Shown piece after piece: positions 1 through 13,282 of a stretch of 64,000 nt of DNA; positions within the stretch are counted from its first letter, which is position 1, and each line of letters begins with the position of its first letter. The position numbers and the translations under genes were made by a program. The notes beneath the pieces are model-generated. The model saw only the letters and a list, made by a program, of their open reading frames with translations, did not search any database and had not been told where the DNA came from. Source of the DNA: Eledone cirrhosa (Eukaryota); the NCBI GenBank assembly GCA_964016885.1, contig OZ024742.1:351230001-351294000 (forward strand), read 5' to 3'.

Positions 1-14
1 ATGGAGGTAGACGA

Positions 15-1270
15 TTAGGTGTAGTGTTGGCGAATCTCAGGAAGCATGGAGGTTTTAAAGGATGCAGTGTCTCGACAGCTAACAACTGATGCAGGTAGTT
101 TGTTCCATGCTTCAGCATCTCTGAGCGTGAAGAAATGTTTCCGAAAGTCATGGGAGCTGTGCTGTTTTCTGACTTTGTTGGCATGCCCATGTGTGTTAGA
201 CACGTGGAAATCAAAAAGGTACTCAGGGTTGTTGTTGGCAAGAAGGTTAATGATTTTGTGAGTGTTTACCAAGTCAGTGGCCCGACGTCGGAGCATCAAA
301 GTATCCATGCCCAGGGAAGCAAGGCGTTCAGAGTATGGTAGATGCCTGATGGAGGGTATTGGTTGCACGTCTCTGAACAGTTTCCGGGCGGTCAATGTTC
401 TGGGCAAGATAGGGGTTCCAGACTGGTGATGCAAATTCTAAGTGGGGCCGCATCATAATTATATACAACTTTAAATAGATAGATGGAGAGCGGCTGACAA
501 AGGTCTTGCTGAGTGATGCTAAGGCACCCTGGGGTTCTTGACAATTTTAGAGACGTGCTTCGTTCAACGCAAATCGCTGCTGGCCGTAATGCCCAGGTCA
601 CCTTCACAAGAAGACTTCTTGGTATTAGTGTTGTAGAGGGAGTATGTGGACGGTGGGTTTTTACTCCCAAAACGCATGGTGGTACACTTCTCCACAGCTA
701 GCTTGAGTTGCCAGTCTGTGATCCATTGTTGCATTGTGTCTAGATCAGATTGCAGGCAAGATCTATAGTGTTCAGGATCTGTTCTTTTTATCTCAAGGTA
801 CAGCTTGAAGTTATCTGCATATTTCAGTACTGTGGCATTCTTTAAGTTGGCATCTGTGTCATTAATATATGCCACAAACAAAACGGGGCGAATAACGCAT
901 TCCTGTCGTACACCTGATAACATCTCATATGGTGAGGAATACTGTCCTCGAACCCTGACTACTTCTGCGACTGAGAATGAAGGACTTCAACCAGTTAAAA
1001 ATATCATTCTTCACACACATTGCGGTGTTTTGCCATAAGTTTTTGTGTGGCACATAATTGAAAGCTTAAGCAAAGTCAAGGTAAACAACATCCACCCATG
1101 GGCCGCCATCAGTGATCCGGGTGATGTCTTCAAGAAAATCAATAAGTTGATCACAGCAGCTGGAGTTAGGGATATATATGAATTGCGAGGGCCGGATAAG
1201 ACTGTGAGAGTTCCAGAAGTTCCAGAAGCGTTTCTCTCACACAGTTTTCCATCAGTTTGGCAATGCAGCT
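15..1270 (-). mobile_element. Decayed, 5'-truncated CR1-type LINE ORF2 (RT and C-terminus)
   Basis: Minus-strand frames give PWVDVVYLDFA*AFNYVPH (~1045-1100), SGVRQECVIRPVLFVAYIND...KYADNFKL...LQSDLD...WITDWQLKLAVEKC (564-923) and LPYSERLASLG...RRRATDL...RKHFFTLR...WNKLP (15-434). These are typical CR1-clade motifs, with stops and frameshifts. Confidence 0.9.
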
Positions 1271-1272
1271 AG

Positions 1273-3417
1273 TAAGACATCTACGGTAACATCTACTGTA
1301 ACATCTACGGTAACACCTACGGTAACATCTCCGGTAACATCTACGTGGTAACATCTACGTGGTAACATCTACGTGGTAACATCTACGTGGTAACATCTAC
1401 TGTAACATTTCCGGTAACATCTACGTGGTAACATCTACGTGGTAACATCTACGTGGTAACATCTACGGTAACATCTACGTGGTAACATCTACGTGGTAAC
1501 ATCTACGTGGTAACATCTACGTGGTAACATCTACGTGGTAACATCTACGTGGTAACATCTACGGTAACATCTACGGTAACATCTACGTGGTAACATCTAC
1601 GGTAACATCTACGGTAACATCTACGGTAACATATACGGTAACATCTACGGTAACATCTACGGTAACATCTACGGTAACATCTACTGTAACATCTACGGTA
1701 ACATCTACTGTAACATCTACGGTAACATCTACGGTAACATCTACGGTATCATCTACTGTAACATCTACGGTATCATCTACGGTATCATCTACGGTAACAT
1801 CTACTGTAACATCTACGGTAACATCTACGGTAACATCTACGGTATCATCTACTGTAACATCTACGGTATCATCTACGGTATCATCTACGGTAACATCTAC
1901 GGTAACATCGACGGTATCATCTACGGTAACATCTACGGTAACATCGACGTTATCATCTACGGTAACATCTACTGTAACATCTACGGTAACATCTACGGTA
2001 TCATCTACTGTAACATCTACGGTAACATCTACGGTAACATCTACGGTATCATCTACGGTAACATCTACGGTATCATCTACGGTAACATCTACGGTATCAT
2101 CTACTGTAACATCTACGGTAACATCTACGTGGTAACATCTACGGTAACATCTACGGTAACATCTACGGTAACATCTACGATAACATCTACTGTAACATCT
2201 ACGGTAACATCTACGTGGTAACATCTACTGTAACATCTACGGTAACATCTACGGTAACATCTACGGTAACATCTACTGTAACATCTACTGTAACATCTAC
2301 GGTAACATCTACGGTAACATCTACGGTAACATCTACGGTAACATCTACGGTATCATCTACGTGGTAACATCTACGGTAACATCTACGGTAACATCTACGA
2401 TAACATCTACTGTAACATCTACGGTAACATCTACGTGGTAACATATACTGTAACATCTACGGTAACATCTACTGTAACATCTACGGTAACATCTACGGTA
2501 ACATCTACGGTAACATCTACGGTATCATCTACGGTAACATCTACGGTAACATCTACGGTAACATCTACGGTAACATCTACGGTAACATCTACGGTAACAT
2601 CTACTGTAACATCTACGGTAACATCTACGGTATCATCTACTGTAACATCTACGGTAACATCTACGGTAACATCTACTGTAACATCTACTGTAACATCTAC
2701 GGTAACATCTACGGTATCATCTACTGTAACATCTACGGTATCATCTACGGTAACATCTACGGTAACATCTACTGTAACATCTACTGTAACATCTACGGTA
2801 ACATCTACGGTATCATCTACTGTAACATCTACGGTATCATCTACTGTAACATCTACGGTAACATCTACGGTATCATCTACTGTAACATCTACTGTAACAT
2901 CTACTGTAACATCTACGGTATCATCTACTGTAACATCTACGGTATCATCTACGGTAACATCTACGGTAACATCTACGGTAACATCTACGTGGTAACATCT
3001 ACGGTAACATCTACGGTAACATCTACCGTAACATCTACGGTAACATCTACGGTAACATCTACGGTAACATCTACTGTAACATCTACGGTAACATCTACGT
3101 GGTAACATCTACTGTAACATCTACGGTATCATCTACGGTATCATCTACTGTAACATCTACGGTAACATCTACGGTAACATCTACGGTAACATCTACGGTA
3201 TCATCTACGGTATCATCTACTGTAACATCTACTGTAACATCTACTGTAACATCTACGGTATCATCTACTGTAACATCTACGGTAACATCTACGGTAACAT
3301 CTACGGTAACATCTACGGTAACATCTACGGTAACATCTACTGTAACATCTACGGTAACATCTATGGTAACATCTACGGTAACATCTACGGTAACATCTAC
3401 GTGGTAACATCTACGTG
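1273..3417. repeat. 12-bp minisatellite (GGTAACATCTAC)n with TGTAAC, GGTATC and 14-bp GTGGTAACATCTAC variants
   Basis: Directly visible tandem array of about 2.1 kb. The VTST/VDVT/RRCY ORFs are translations of the repeat. Confidence 0.98.
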
Positions 3418-3710
3418 GGTGAGTTTATGAAATAAATTTATATCAACACATAATTAGATTCTAAATACACTGTAAAGTCTTCCTAATGGGTAAAAGCTAT
3501 GTTCGGTTACGAATGACAATGGCTCTTGCACCTAGAAACCTCTTTTGCCAGGCACAAAATCGTGTATGATGCTTTTGCTGAGGATATGCAAACACTGATG
3601 TATACAAAACACAGCCCGATCCGTGAGATGACCGCTCAATCTCACGAATGTGAACCTTGGTTTCTAATCATTAAACTTTTGTAATACAAAAACGTCTTAT
3701 TTTACCAGTT

Positions 3711-3890
3711 TGGCAGTATCGATAGAGGGTCTGACACCATGCTTTAATGCAAAGAGTTATGGCCCTTTATGGTCTGAGTTCAATCCCACCGAGGTTAACT
3801 TTGCCTTTCATCCTTACGGGTTTAATAAAATAAAGTACCAGTAATACACTGGAATAATTGCTGGCCTTGTGCCAAATTTGAAACAATTAT
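3711..3890 (+). mobile_element. tRNA-derived SINE, family 1 (Meta-domain-like core)
   Basis: B-box-like GAGTTCAATCCC followed by TTTGCCTTTCATCCTTACGGG..ATAAAATAAAGTACCAG and tail GCTGGCCTTGTGCCAAA..GAAAC. More than 15 copies occur in the window. Confidence 0.85.
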
Positions 3891-4549
3891 TTAAAAAGAA
3901 TTCCAGAAGTTAACATTAGAATTTGAGGTGATGTTCGGTCTGTAGATGTTACGAGACAATAACAAACATCGGTATACAGGTATATATATTAAACATTCCA
4001 CCCAGGGGAAGCTGTTAAGGTTTATTTGCAGTATTTTGTTTTTTATTTCGATTATCTTCTAGTTATTGATACGTTTAAGGATCATGGAATATTTCTTCTA
4101 CTCTTGAGCAATTGAAAACACTGGATAAATATTATTGTTGTACATAAAAAATAGAATTACAATATCATAACAGAATCATTAAACTGTAATTAAAGCCAGT
4201 AATAAACGTATACTGTTGGGTATCTTTCGAGGAGTGTCAATTACACCACCTGCTCAAAGATGTTGCCAAATTTGGTGCAAGATTTTAGCAAATAGCTAAA
4301 CTCGTTTACGACTATGATCTGCTTACCCATATCTTAAAATATGTGTATCAACACTAAGAAGACGATATAGATATTTCGCTCTTAAATAATGGTTAGTGAC
4401 AGAAATAGCGAAACTATCAAAGCTTATCTCTATCACCATATAGGTTTACCTATAATACGGCCTGAGAAGAAACGAAGAACATATAGAAATATATATGTAT
4501 AGAAACAAATATATATGTGTGGTTCATATATACGTCTAAAGTCTGTCTC

Positions 4550-4790
4550 CAATCAGTAGGCTCGCCAGGCTGGTACTTATCCCAGTTTATGGCCTGAATT
4601 GAAAGTTAGTAGGAGACTTCTCCTTGGATAGGGCGGCGGTCCACTGCATGATTAAACCTCCAAATATAAACAGTACTCCTTTTCAGCTGAGTATATTAGG
4701 GCAATGTAAAATTAAATGTTTTCCTACAGAACGCAACACACAACCAGGTCCAGGAATCAAGCTATGTGCTCACAAGCAATATCGTTATTA
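4550..4790 (-). mobile_element. Diverged SINE remnant (family 2-like)
   Basis: Minus strand has GATTCCTGGACC..GTGTTGCGTT, resembling the family 2 head at 30110. Highly diverged. Confidence 0.45.
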
Positions 4791-4989
4791 TTTTCTTCAC
4801 AGCCTTCAATTCAGATACACATAGGTGACAATCTTCTTTATTACATCCTTTGGCTTTTCGTTTTGGACTGTTTTTATCCGGTGCTGAAATCAAAAAAACT
4901 TTAACCTCAACTGAAAATTGTATGCATGCCGATTAACCAATACTCAGTCGATTCTTTGTGTATTATTTGCCTGTATTTTCCTCTGACAT

Positions 4990-5615
4990 GGATCATATAA
5001 GAAAGTGTCTTGCCGTACATATCATGAATTATGAATATTGGGCGTTACGTAACTCTTATAGTCAGATTCAATCAGCGATACCTTCGCTCCATAATGGACA
5101 TCCGTTGACAGGTCTATGTAACAAGCGAGGAAGTTTGCAATATGTCCGATATAACAATCATTGACAGCATGTTGATGCTGCGATAGCTTCGCTAGGCGGG
5201 TGATATCTCGCTCATGGCCGATTCTAGGAGGCATAAATCGGTTTTCTACGACCAAATACGTCAACATAAGCTAAATCAAGGGGCCGCTAGAAAAAGCTTC
5301 AGCAACAAAGTCTAGCACCAGCTGGACCAAATGAATATTGATCAAAGAGAATGGAAACACCTGACAGAAGACAATGGTAAATGAAGAGCCACCATAAAAA
5401 CAGTTATAGCCAGTTTTGAGGAGGGTAGAAAGACGGCAGCTGAAGACAAACATCAAAGAAGATAGCTGTCGGCCACCCAACCAGCAACTGATTAAGTACA
5501 CTCTTTCCCCAGCTGTACCAGACCCTACGGGCCGAGGATCTGCCTTTACATACACCTCACGGTGTGCCACCACACAATTCCTCCCACTGATATTTGCAAG
5601 GGAAACATTTGCCAT
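4990..5615 (+). mobile_element. Decayed RTE (BovB-like) LINE 3' end
   Basis: Plus frame reads ...HQLDQMNIDQREWKHLTEDNGK*RATIK...FEEGRKTAAEDKHQRR...FPSCTRPYGPRICLYIH, resembling the RTE C-terminal W..LA.DR..WR and C2H2 region. Confidence 0.7.
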
Positions 5616-6639
5616 TTATTCTGTCAGCTAGAATCACACTATCCGAAATATAATTGATAGTAAGAGGGATATTTTATGTAAATATACTTTTTACCATTGC
5701 TATTTCTAACTCCGCTGAAAAGGTCGTGTGAAACTATATGAAACTATAAGAGATTTCATGAAGATAATAATTATATTCAAAAGGACTAACTGAAAATATT
5801 GGTAAATACGGTTCATTTGAAACTGGAACACGGGATTAGAGGAATACATTTAGTTTTCTAATCTATATAACAGCCAGAAAAAAAGAAAAACATGTTAAAT
5901 CTATTTTATATATATTCTAAATATATCATATCGGCTAATTGTGGAAACAAACAGGAAATATAAATAGGATGACCCGATGTAAAGCAAATACTAGTTTTGG
6001 ACCAAACGAGTGCTTTTTTTCACATTTTCTGTGAGTTCGTTACAGTGCACTGTGATATCACGTCAATTATTAGAATATCTATCTATTTTAAGGCCAATAC
6101 AACAGAATAACTAGATGAGATCATATATCCCAATGAAACATATCCTGGCTAGATACCCGGCAATAATTTCAATGAATGTGATAGTGATAAATATTTTGAT
6201 GATAACCGCATCTATAATGACGCACGCGTATAATAATGGCGTTGGTAATAATGAAAAATTATACTGAAGTGTTATTATATTCATGGAGGCTACATATACG
6301 TATTCAATATTCATCTAAATATATATTTCAACCGCATTCCTAGCGCAAGTTTCGACATTCTACAATATCAACTTGGTTAAAAGGAAGACGTGGTAGACAT
6401 TATATATCGTTAAATGTGTCACTTTTGGCGTGTACCATGCTGTATGTAAGCAGACATTGCTGCTACTAATGGAGAAATTCGTGGAATTATGCTTTCGTGA
6501 CCGAAAACATTGCTGCCGAACTATTTTACGTCAGTATAAACTATGTTCATCAATATTCCGTCCTTGTCCGAGTAAATTATTGTAATTCTCTTCAGTATAC
6601 GCTTGATTGTCTTAAGTAAGTTTCTAGTTGAATATTCTC

Positions 6640-7010
6640 TGATATTGAAGAGACAGACAATTGGATGGAGGAATAATTTTCAGACGGTGGTGGAAAGGCA
6701 AAGTAGTAGAAAATGAAATAAAAAGCCGACTGTGATAATGGCGTTAAAGATGATGGTGGTGCAAATAATGATGCTAGTAATATAATGATGATAATGTCAA
6801 CAATGATGACGTCCATGGTCGTGTCGATGGTCGTCTCATTTATGATGTTTCGGATGGAGCTGACGAATTCAACCATTATGAAGGTGATGATAACGATGTT
6901 CCCAGTGATGACAATGATGATGCTAATGATAACCACAATCATGTTGGTCATAGTGGTGGAGGCGTCGCTATTAGCGATGATGATTTGGGTGATGTTAGTG
7001 ATAATGTAAT
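6640..7010. repeat. Degenerate (GAT)n-derived low-complexity tract
   Basis: GAT/GAC/GGT triplet-rich; it gives spurious M/I/V-rich ORFs. Confidence 0.8.
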
Positions 7011-7889
7011 TAATGCAATATATCTAATGAACTTCGCGAAGTAAAACAAAAATGAGATTGTTGAAGACGTAGAAGACAATCAATGGATAAAAACAGAGAA
7101 AAATGAATAAGTGAATAACATGTATAGAACAAATAAATACGAATTAAACTCAAACTAGCGCGAAAGACAAAAGCAGCAGACGATGCAAAAATGCAGGAAG
7201 AAAAATAATGAAATACACATAAAAAAATAGAAGTAATAAGGAAAAAAAATTGTATTAAGAATCGAAGAAAAAGTTAACAGCAGAAGAGAAAAATGTTCAA
7301 GGAAAATAGAAATAAATATAAAAGTCTATGAAAGGAATATAAATGTAGACGAATAAAATAAAATATAGTGGAGGAATAAAAGATACAATAAAAAGAAAAC
7401 CAGCAAGACATTGAGAACGAATAAACAGACAAGAATATGGTAGGAAGAAAATATGGATAAGTTCCAGAACAGAAGACTGAGACGATTTAATGTAAAGGAG
7501 GTAAATACAGAGAGAAATTTCAAAGTCCATGACAAAAAAAAGTTAAGTAAAACAAAAGCCAAAATAAAGGCAGTTGGAGGAAAGGAAAAATACATGCATA
7601 AGGTGTTGAATGTGATTGATAAATAAATATATAACCCAGAAAAATAAGGCGAAAAATGGAGATGACAAAGAAAGTGATAGAGTTAATAGGCGAGGATGAG
7701 TGAAGTCCAAAGTAAAAGTGATTAATATAAAGCAACATAATAAAAATAAAACAATATTTCTGAGTAAGATGAGGATAAACTAAATAGGAAATGTTTAAAC
7801 AGTGCACATACATTGCCTAGGGATGACCTGGAAGAGCAAACAATATGTAAATCTGTATCTATAATATTTTTATATTTACAAGTGTAGGT

Positions 7890-8275
7890 CTATCGGTTCA
7901 TAGGCTGTCTTTGAAGGATTGATGCTAGAGTTTGAAATCTTGCATATATTAATTTCACTATTGTTATTAATAGCTGCATTGTTTTTTTTCCAGAGAATAT
8001 ATTAACAAATAAGCCTCATTTGGTTATTCCATGAGAGTATCTTGGTCAGCCTATAAACATTTCAGCTGGCCGTCGTGTGTATGTGTATATATATATATAT
8101 CCTGGGGTGAGCTGAAAATACCATAGGCTGACTATGAAGGAGTGATGCTAGGGCTGTGAAATGTTTCATGAATTAATTTCAACTCTTCTTTCCAGGTTGA
8201 ACAATAAACCTCATATGGTCATTCCATGAGGATATCTTGGTCAACCTATGAACCTTTAAGTCGACCGTCGTATAT
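7890..8275. mobile_element. Two copies of a small mariner-type MITE (~7890-8077 and ~8100-8273)
   Basis: Both copies share CATAGGCTG...GAAGGA.TGATGCTAG...CCTCAT.TGGT.ATTCCATGAG..TATCTTGGTCA.CCTAT. The ends form imperfect TIRs (GCTGAAAA..CATAGGCTGAC / GTCAGCCTAT..TTTCAGC..CGT). Confidence 0.65.
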
Positions 8276-8280
8276 TAATT

Positions 8281-8423
8281 TGTTCTACTTTATTTTATCG
8301 ACCGCGTAAGGATGAAAGGCAAAGTTAACCTCGGCGGATTTGAACTCAGAATGGCAAGGGCCGTAGATCTATGCGTCAAAGCATGGTGTCTGACTCTCTA
8401 CTAATACTGCCAATCCACCACCC
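8281..8423 (-). mobile_element. SINE family 1 copy
   Basis: Reverse complement of the core: TTTATCGACC.CGTAAGGATGAAAGGCAAAGTTAACCTCGGCGGATTTGAACTC. Confidence 0.85.
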
Positions 8424-8716
8424 ACTGTCGTATATTAATATGTTTGCAGATGTTATGGAATGACAACTTGAACAATTACATGACTCTGTTTTTGGAGCAT
8501 ATATTTAAAGTAAACTATGAATAAACTAATGTTACAATTCCTGCTTCGTGCCATATTCTACTGCTATAGGTAATTTGTAAATGGTAATTAGTTGTGTAAC
8601 ATTACAGGTGTGACAGTTACAAATGGGATGATGGATGTATTATAATCGTGTTTATCAATGTTAGCTAAGCGTGATATCTTAATTGCTATGTGATATATAA
8701 CGGCATGTTATCAATA

Positions 8717-9303
8717 GGGCAGTATCGGTAGTGGGTCGGACGCCATGCTTTGCCGCATAGAGTTACGGCCCTTGCCATTCTGAGTTCAGTTCCCGCCGAG
8801 GTTAACTATCCTTTTCATCCTTACGGGGTCGATAAAATAAAGTACCAGTAATGCACTGTAGAAACAATTATTATCATCGATAATGAGGATGGTGGATTGC
8901 CAGTATCTGTGGAGAGACACACATCATGCTTTGCAGGAAGAGTGTTATGGCTCTTTACGTTCTGAGTTCAAATCACACCGATTTTAGCTTTGCCTTTCAT
9001 CCTTGTAGGGTGGATAACATGAAGCACCATTAATATAGTGGGGTCGATTTAATGGAATTTCCTCTCCCCCAAAAGTGATGGCCTTCTGCATATAGTTGAA
9101 ATCATTAGTATTGATGGATTGGCAGTGTCGGTAGAGGGTCGGATGCCAAGTTTTGCAAGAAAGTGTTACATCCCTTTATGGTCTAAGTTCAAATCCCGAC
9201 GAGGTTAACTTTGCCTTTCATCCTTACAGGGTCGATAACATAAAGTACCAGTAATATACTAAGATAATTGCTGGCCTTGTGCCAAAAATAGAAACAATTA
9301 TTA
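8717..9303 (+). mobile_element. Cluster of three SINE family 1 copies (~8717-8872, 8890-9105, 9113-9303)
   Basis: Three successive GGCAGT.TC.GT heads, each followed by GTTCAAATC and the TTTCATCCTT core. Confidence 0.85.
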
Positions 9304-9334
9304 TTGATAATATTACAGAGTATTTGTGGTTATG

Positions 9335-9530
9335 ACATTCGGCTCACAATGATTTCGACTCCCGGTGGAGTGTTGTGTCCTTTAGCAACGCATTTCATTT
9401 CAAGTTGCTCCAATCCACTCAGTTGGAAAATAATGTGGGGTACATCTAATTGTGTGTGTAATAGCCTTGTCACATTTAATGTCATGCTGAATTTCCCTGA
9501 GATCTACCAGAAGGGTATGCGTGTCTGTGG
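9335..9530 (+). mobile_element. SINE family 2 (CORE-like) diverged copy
   Basis: TTCGACTCCCGG..GTGTTGTGTCCTTTAGCAA.GCATTTCATTTCA.GTTGCTCCA matches 30165-30228. Confidence 0.65.
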
Positions 9531-9944
9531 AATGTTAATTCATTTCCACGTTAACTGGACGCGCAAGCCGTTCCATTGATTGTGACAAATGGAACTCCCC
9601 TCTTCGTAACAGACGGAATGCCAGTATTAGTAGTTTGGATTGCACACGCTGCGGGACGTGTTCAATTGAGATGCTGCGTAGAAAAAGTCTATACACAGAG
9701 TATCTAATGTCCTTCTTGTAGATGGTTTTGAATGATTTAAAAGGTTCACCATATTTCCTGGGGAGAAACATAAATCCACTCTTTAAACACTTTTCATTAA
9801 GTTGATATTTATGGTCAATAAACATTTGCAATGTTGCTTGATTTCAAAGCCTCGGTCTTAGCTAAATAGGTTGCTACAGCAGTAATAAAAGACCCACGTG
9901 GAATAGATATATACGCAAGACAAACGTTCTCTGAAAATAAAAAT

Positions 9945-10122
9945 AATTCATTCTACTTTTGTCACAAGGCCAGGAATTATAACAATGCAATACTGGTACA
10001 TTATTTTATCGACCCCGTCAGAATGAAAGGCAAAGTTAACCTCAGCGGGATCTAAACTCACTCCGTAAAGGGACGTAACTCTATGCCGCAAGGCATGACG
10101 TCCGATCCATATATAGATATTA
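9945..10122 (-). mobile_element. SINE family 1 copy
   Basis: Reverse-complement core ATCGACCCCGTCAGAATGAAAGGCAAAGTTAACCTC. Confidence 0.85.
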
Positions 10123-10949
10123 TTTCTAGGAAATAAATAGAAATATTTTAATAATTACTGTTACATTTGGAAACCTGGACACGTAACAGTGGTGAACAAT
10201 TCATTTTGAATGATAAAAGTATAACTAACTGTAACTGAAGTACAACACCCATCACTCGAAACAATCTACATACTGGGCTGGTCATGGAGAGATTGGGTAC
10301 TCATAACATGAGACTTACCTCTTCATTGAAATTTGGCTTTAGAAAAGGCAAAGAAGAAAGTTATGTTTGTATAGACAAATATACTTATATTCTCTCCCAT
10401 CTTCGGTTGAGGAAGGCAATCCTAATTCTGTGAGAGGAAATCTCTTTCTTCATACAAAACACAGTGTATGAGGTAGTGTACATTTTATCAAAATCGGAGC
10501 AAAGTATGTAGTCATTTATTGTGAGATGCAGGCCTGCTAATTATGTGGTTTTTGCTGTTTATGAGCGACGGAAATCTAATGAATAAAACTTTATTCATAC
10601 TGTTATATAATAACGTGAACAATTACGAATAACTATTAAGTGCCTATGTAAGTGACATATATATGTGGTCAAGTGGTGTCTGTATAGAATTTAGAATTAT
10701 AATATCGCTCGAATCTCTGTCTACTTATTCCAGTGAGGTTCACATATCCTCGTCTAAATATGTAGGGAAAATGCCAAACGTACAATGTAGTGACATGTAT
10801 ACCCCTCATCAAATACAAACTGTATAACTAGAGAGTTGCTTTATAATCTGGGATTCCAAATATATCCCTTCCATATACTGTAACGCTTGAGTTATTTCTG
10901 TCTACAATTTACACACACGCACACACACACACACACATACCCCCCCCCC

Positions 10950-10990
<41 letters not shown>

Positions 10991-11119
10991 AAAGTTCTAT
11001 TTAAATTGTTGGGATACAACAAGTAAATATTTTTATAACTGATATAAAGCACTCGACAAGTATTTGGAGTAGATATACGATATTAATAAATGGAAACTAT
11101 ATTTATAAAACCATATTTA

Positions 11120-11178
11120 TTTCATTATACATATTTCAGGGATACCAAATTAAATATGGTATGCTTCATCAGACACAA
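11120..11178 (-). ncRNA. Minimal type I hammerhead motif (family A, inverted arm; slightly degenerate)
   Basis: Reverse complement reads CTGATGA...CCCT-GAAA-TATGTA-TA-ATGAAA. Confidence 0.55.
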
Positions 11179-11301
11179 TACAATATATAACAGTTTTTCA
11201 AATAAGCTTCCTCAACCGAAAAGCCGGATGGCTTCCAAAAATAATGGTTGCATTTTAATAGGGTACGTCAAAGCTTATTTGTTAAACTGTTATATATTGT
11301 A

Positions 11302-11362
11302 TTTTGTCTGATGAAAGCATACCATAATTTAATTTGGTATCCCTGAAATATGTATAATGAAA
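11302..11362 (+). ncRNA. Minimal type I hammerhead motif (family A)
   Basis: TTTTGT-CTGATGA-stem II (ATACCA/TGGTAT)-GAAA-TATGTA-TA-ATGAAA. Stem I uses G.U pairs. Confidence 0.6.
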
Positions 11363-11403
11363 TAAATATGGTTTTATAAATATAGTTTCCATTTATTAAT
11401 ATC

Positions 11404-11483
<80 letters not shown>

Positions 11484-12144
11484 GTATGCATTTTGTCATA
11501 TGTGTGTGTAGTACAGCTGTGCATGTTTATTTGGGTGGGGGTTGACACATCTGATAACAAAGGACATGTTTAAATATCAAATATCATTAGGATTACAAGT
11601 ATGCATGCTAGTTAATAAAGGTTGAAGTTGAAATCATATCTCAGTATGCCTTCATAAATCTAAGAAATACTCTGAACATTGATTGTATCAGTTGGGAAGC
11701 TATGACTACTTGAAAGGTCAGACGAAACGTTAAAATGTTACCCCATACAATCGTTATACCCTAAAAGTGTAATTAATTCCAGTTGACAATACATAATTAA
11801 TCCATTTGTTAAAGACTAAAGTCAATAAATTGGAAGTGAGAATATTTGACCTATTAGATTATTTATAATAGTATTACTGGTTATCAATATTGTCGTAGAA
11901 ATGGTAATATTTGCTCCAAGCATTCTGTCACTTTAACTTCAATATTAACACATTAATAATATATTTATACAAAAACACGCAATAAACAGAGCCCTAAAAG
12001 TGTATTCATTGTACGCCAGTGTTGCTTGGAATACATTTAGGAACGTACAGCGTGAGGATAGTTAATATTAGACTTGGACTATCCTGTATGTAAGAGAGGC
12101 AAATCCCGACTTTTCAAATACTGGAAAGGATTATAACCAAAATG

Positions 12145-12177
<33 letters not shown>

Positions 12178-12327
12178 GTGTGTGTGTGTGTGTGCCTGAT
12201 GTTATCTAAGATGCTTCCATGGGCGGTATGCCGGTTGAGCACTTTATGCTCTTACAGAGCAGAGGATGATAGAATAGAAAACGGAGAATCACTGATATTT
12301 TGTTTTCTATTATATATATATATATAT

Positions 12328-12503
12328 CGAAAAATGTGTGACCCCGACGGCAGAGCTCAAGCCGTTTCAACGGTTAGGCGTCGAAATGGCTTGAGCTCTG
12401 CCGTCGGGGTCATACATTTTCCTATTACCCACTCTACTACACTAAGTATTGAGTACTCTGGTGCGTTATGGTCCATCTGGTTCCTTACCACAACTCATTC
12501 GTT
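12328..12503 (+). mobile_element. (TA)n-embedded fold-back module, family B (3' half of a hammerhead)
   Basis: Hairpin at 12331-12420. GAAA-TGGC-loop-GCCG-TC-GGGGTC gives stem III plus a GUC triplet. Homologue at 55124-55317. Confidence 0.7.
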
Positions 12504-12573
12504 ATATATATATATATATATATATGTTATAGAATACTATTAGCTTCTCGCTAAAACAATCTCTATACCTTTC

Positions 12574-12615
<42 letters not shown>

Positions 12616-12803
12616 CGAGAGAATATTCCACAAAATACTAACAAATCACACTCGAGGACCCGCGCAATCGAATCTGGTTTCCTAATTTGCTGTGGAATTG
12701 GCTCCACACAGGGCTCGTCCTCAGGACTGAGTGCTCTAATTACTACAGACATAACATTCCGCTTCTTTTAACCATTATCTCTCTCTCTCTCTCTCTCTCT
12801 CTA

Positions 12804-12879
<76 letters not shown>

Positions 12880-13282
12880 TAGAGAGAGAATGTGTGTGTT
12901 GTTCACACACACACACATACACATTTGTTATCATTCAATAACACCCGATGGAGTTCTAAGAAAGCCGTAGTAACATACTTCGTTTCCTGGGAATGTTAGG
13001 CTAGAAGAGATAATCTCTCTCGAAATTTGAACATAGCAAATTACCTGCAGAGAAGGTTGTGTAGTGGAAAAGAGATATAGAGGGAACATGTTTTTTTACA
13101 TGATTGAGGAAATGTTTTTTTATGATTGCTATGTAGCTGGAAAGGAAGGACTGTTGAGATCGACGGGATTCGAAATCAGAGGGAAGAAAGCTGGAACGAA
13201 TAGCGGAAAGCATTCTCTCTGACGTTCTAAAGACTTTCTCTATCTCTCTCGCAGTGTGTGCGTGGGGGTGTATATATATATA

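Larger units (their letters stand above)
10990..11408. mobile_element. (TA)n-embedded PLE pLTR-like module, family A, with inverted arms
   Basis: 11075-11205 is an inverted repeat of 11273-11408. Homologues lie at 27160-27425, 45400-45512 and 46997-47445. Confidence 0.8.

Noticed and set aside
1583-3407. Long Thr/Ser/Val-rich ORFs (mucin-like VTST, VDVT)
   Set aside because: They are translations of a 12-bp satellite, open on both strands, and repeatedly broken by 14-bp units.
1273-3417. CRISPR-like array
   Set aside because: There are no unique spacers and no cas genes, and the context is eukaryotic.
9535-10440. Possible minus-strand host exons (acceptor near 9760, donor GTAAGT near 10318)
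   Set aside because: Splice-like signals exist, but I found no consistent open frame or recognisable protein. It cannot be supported without RNA-seq.
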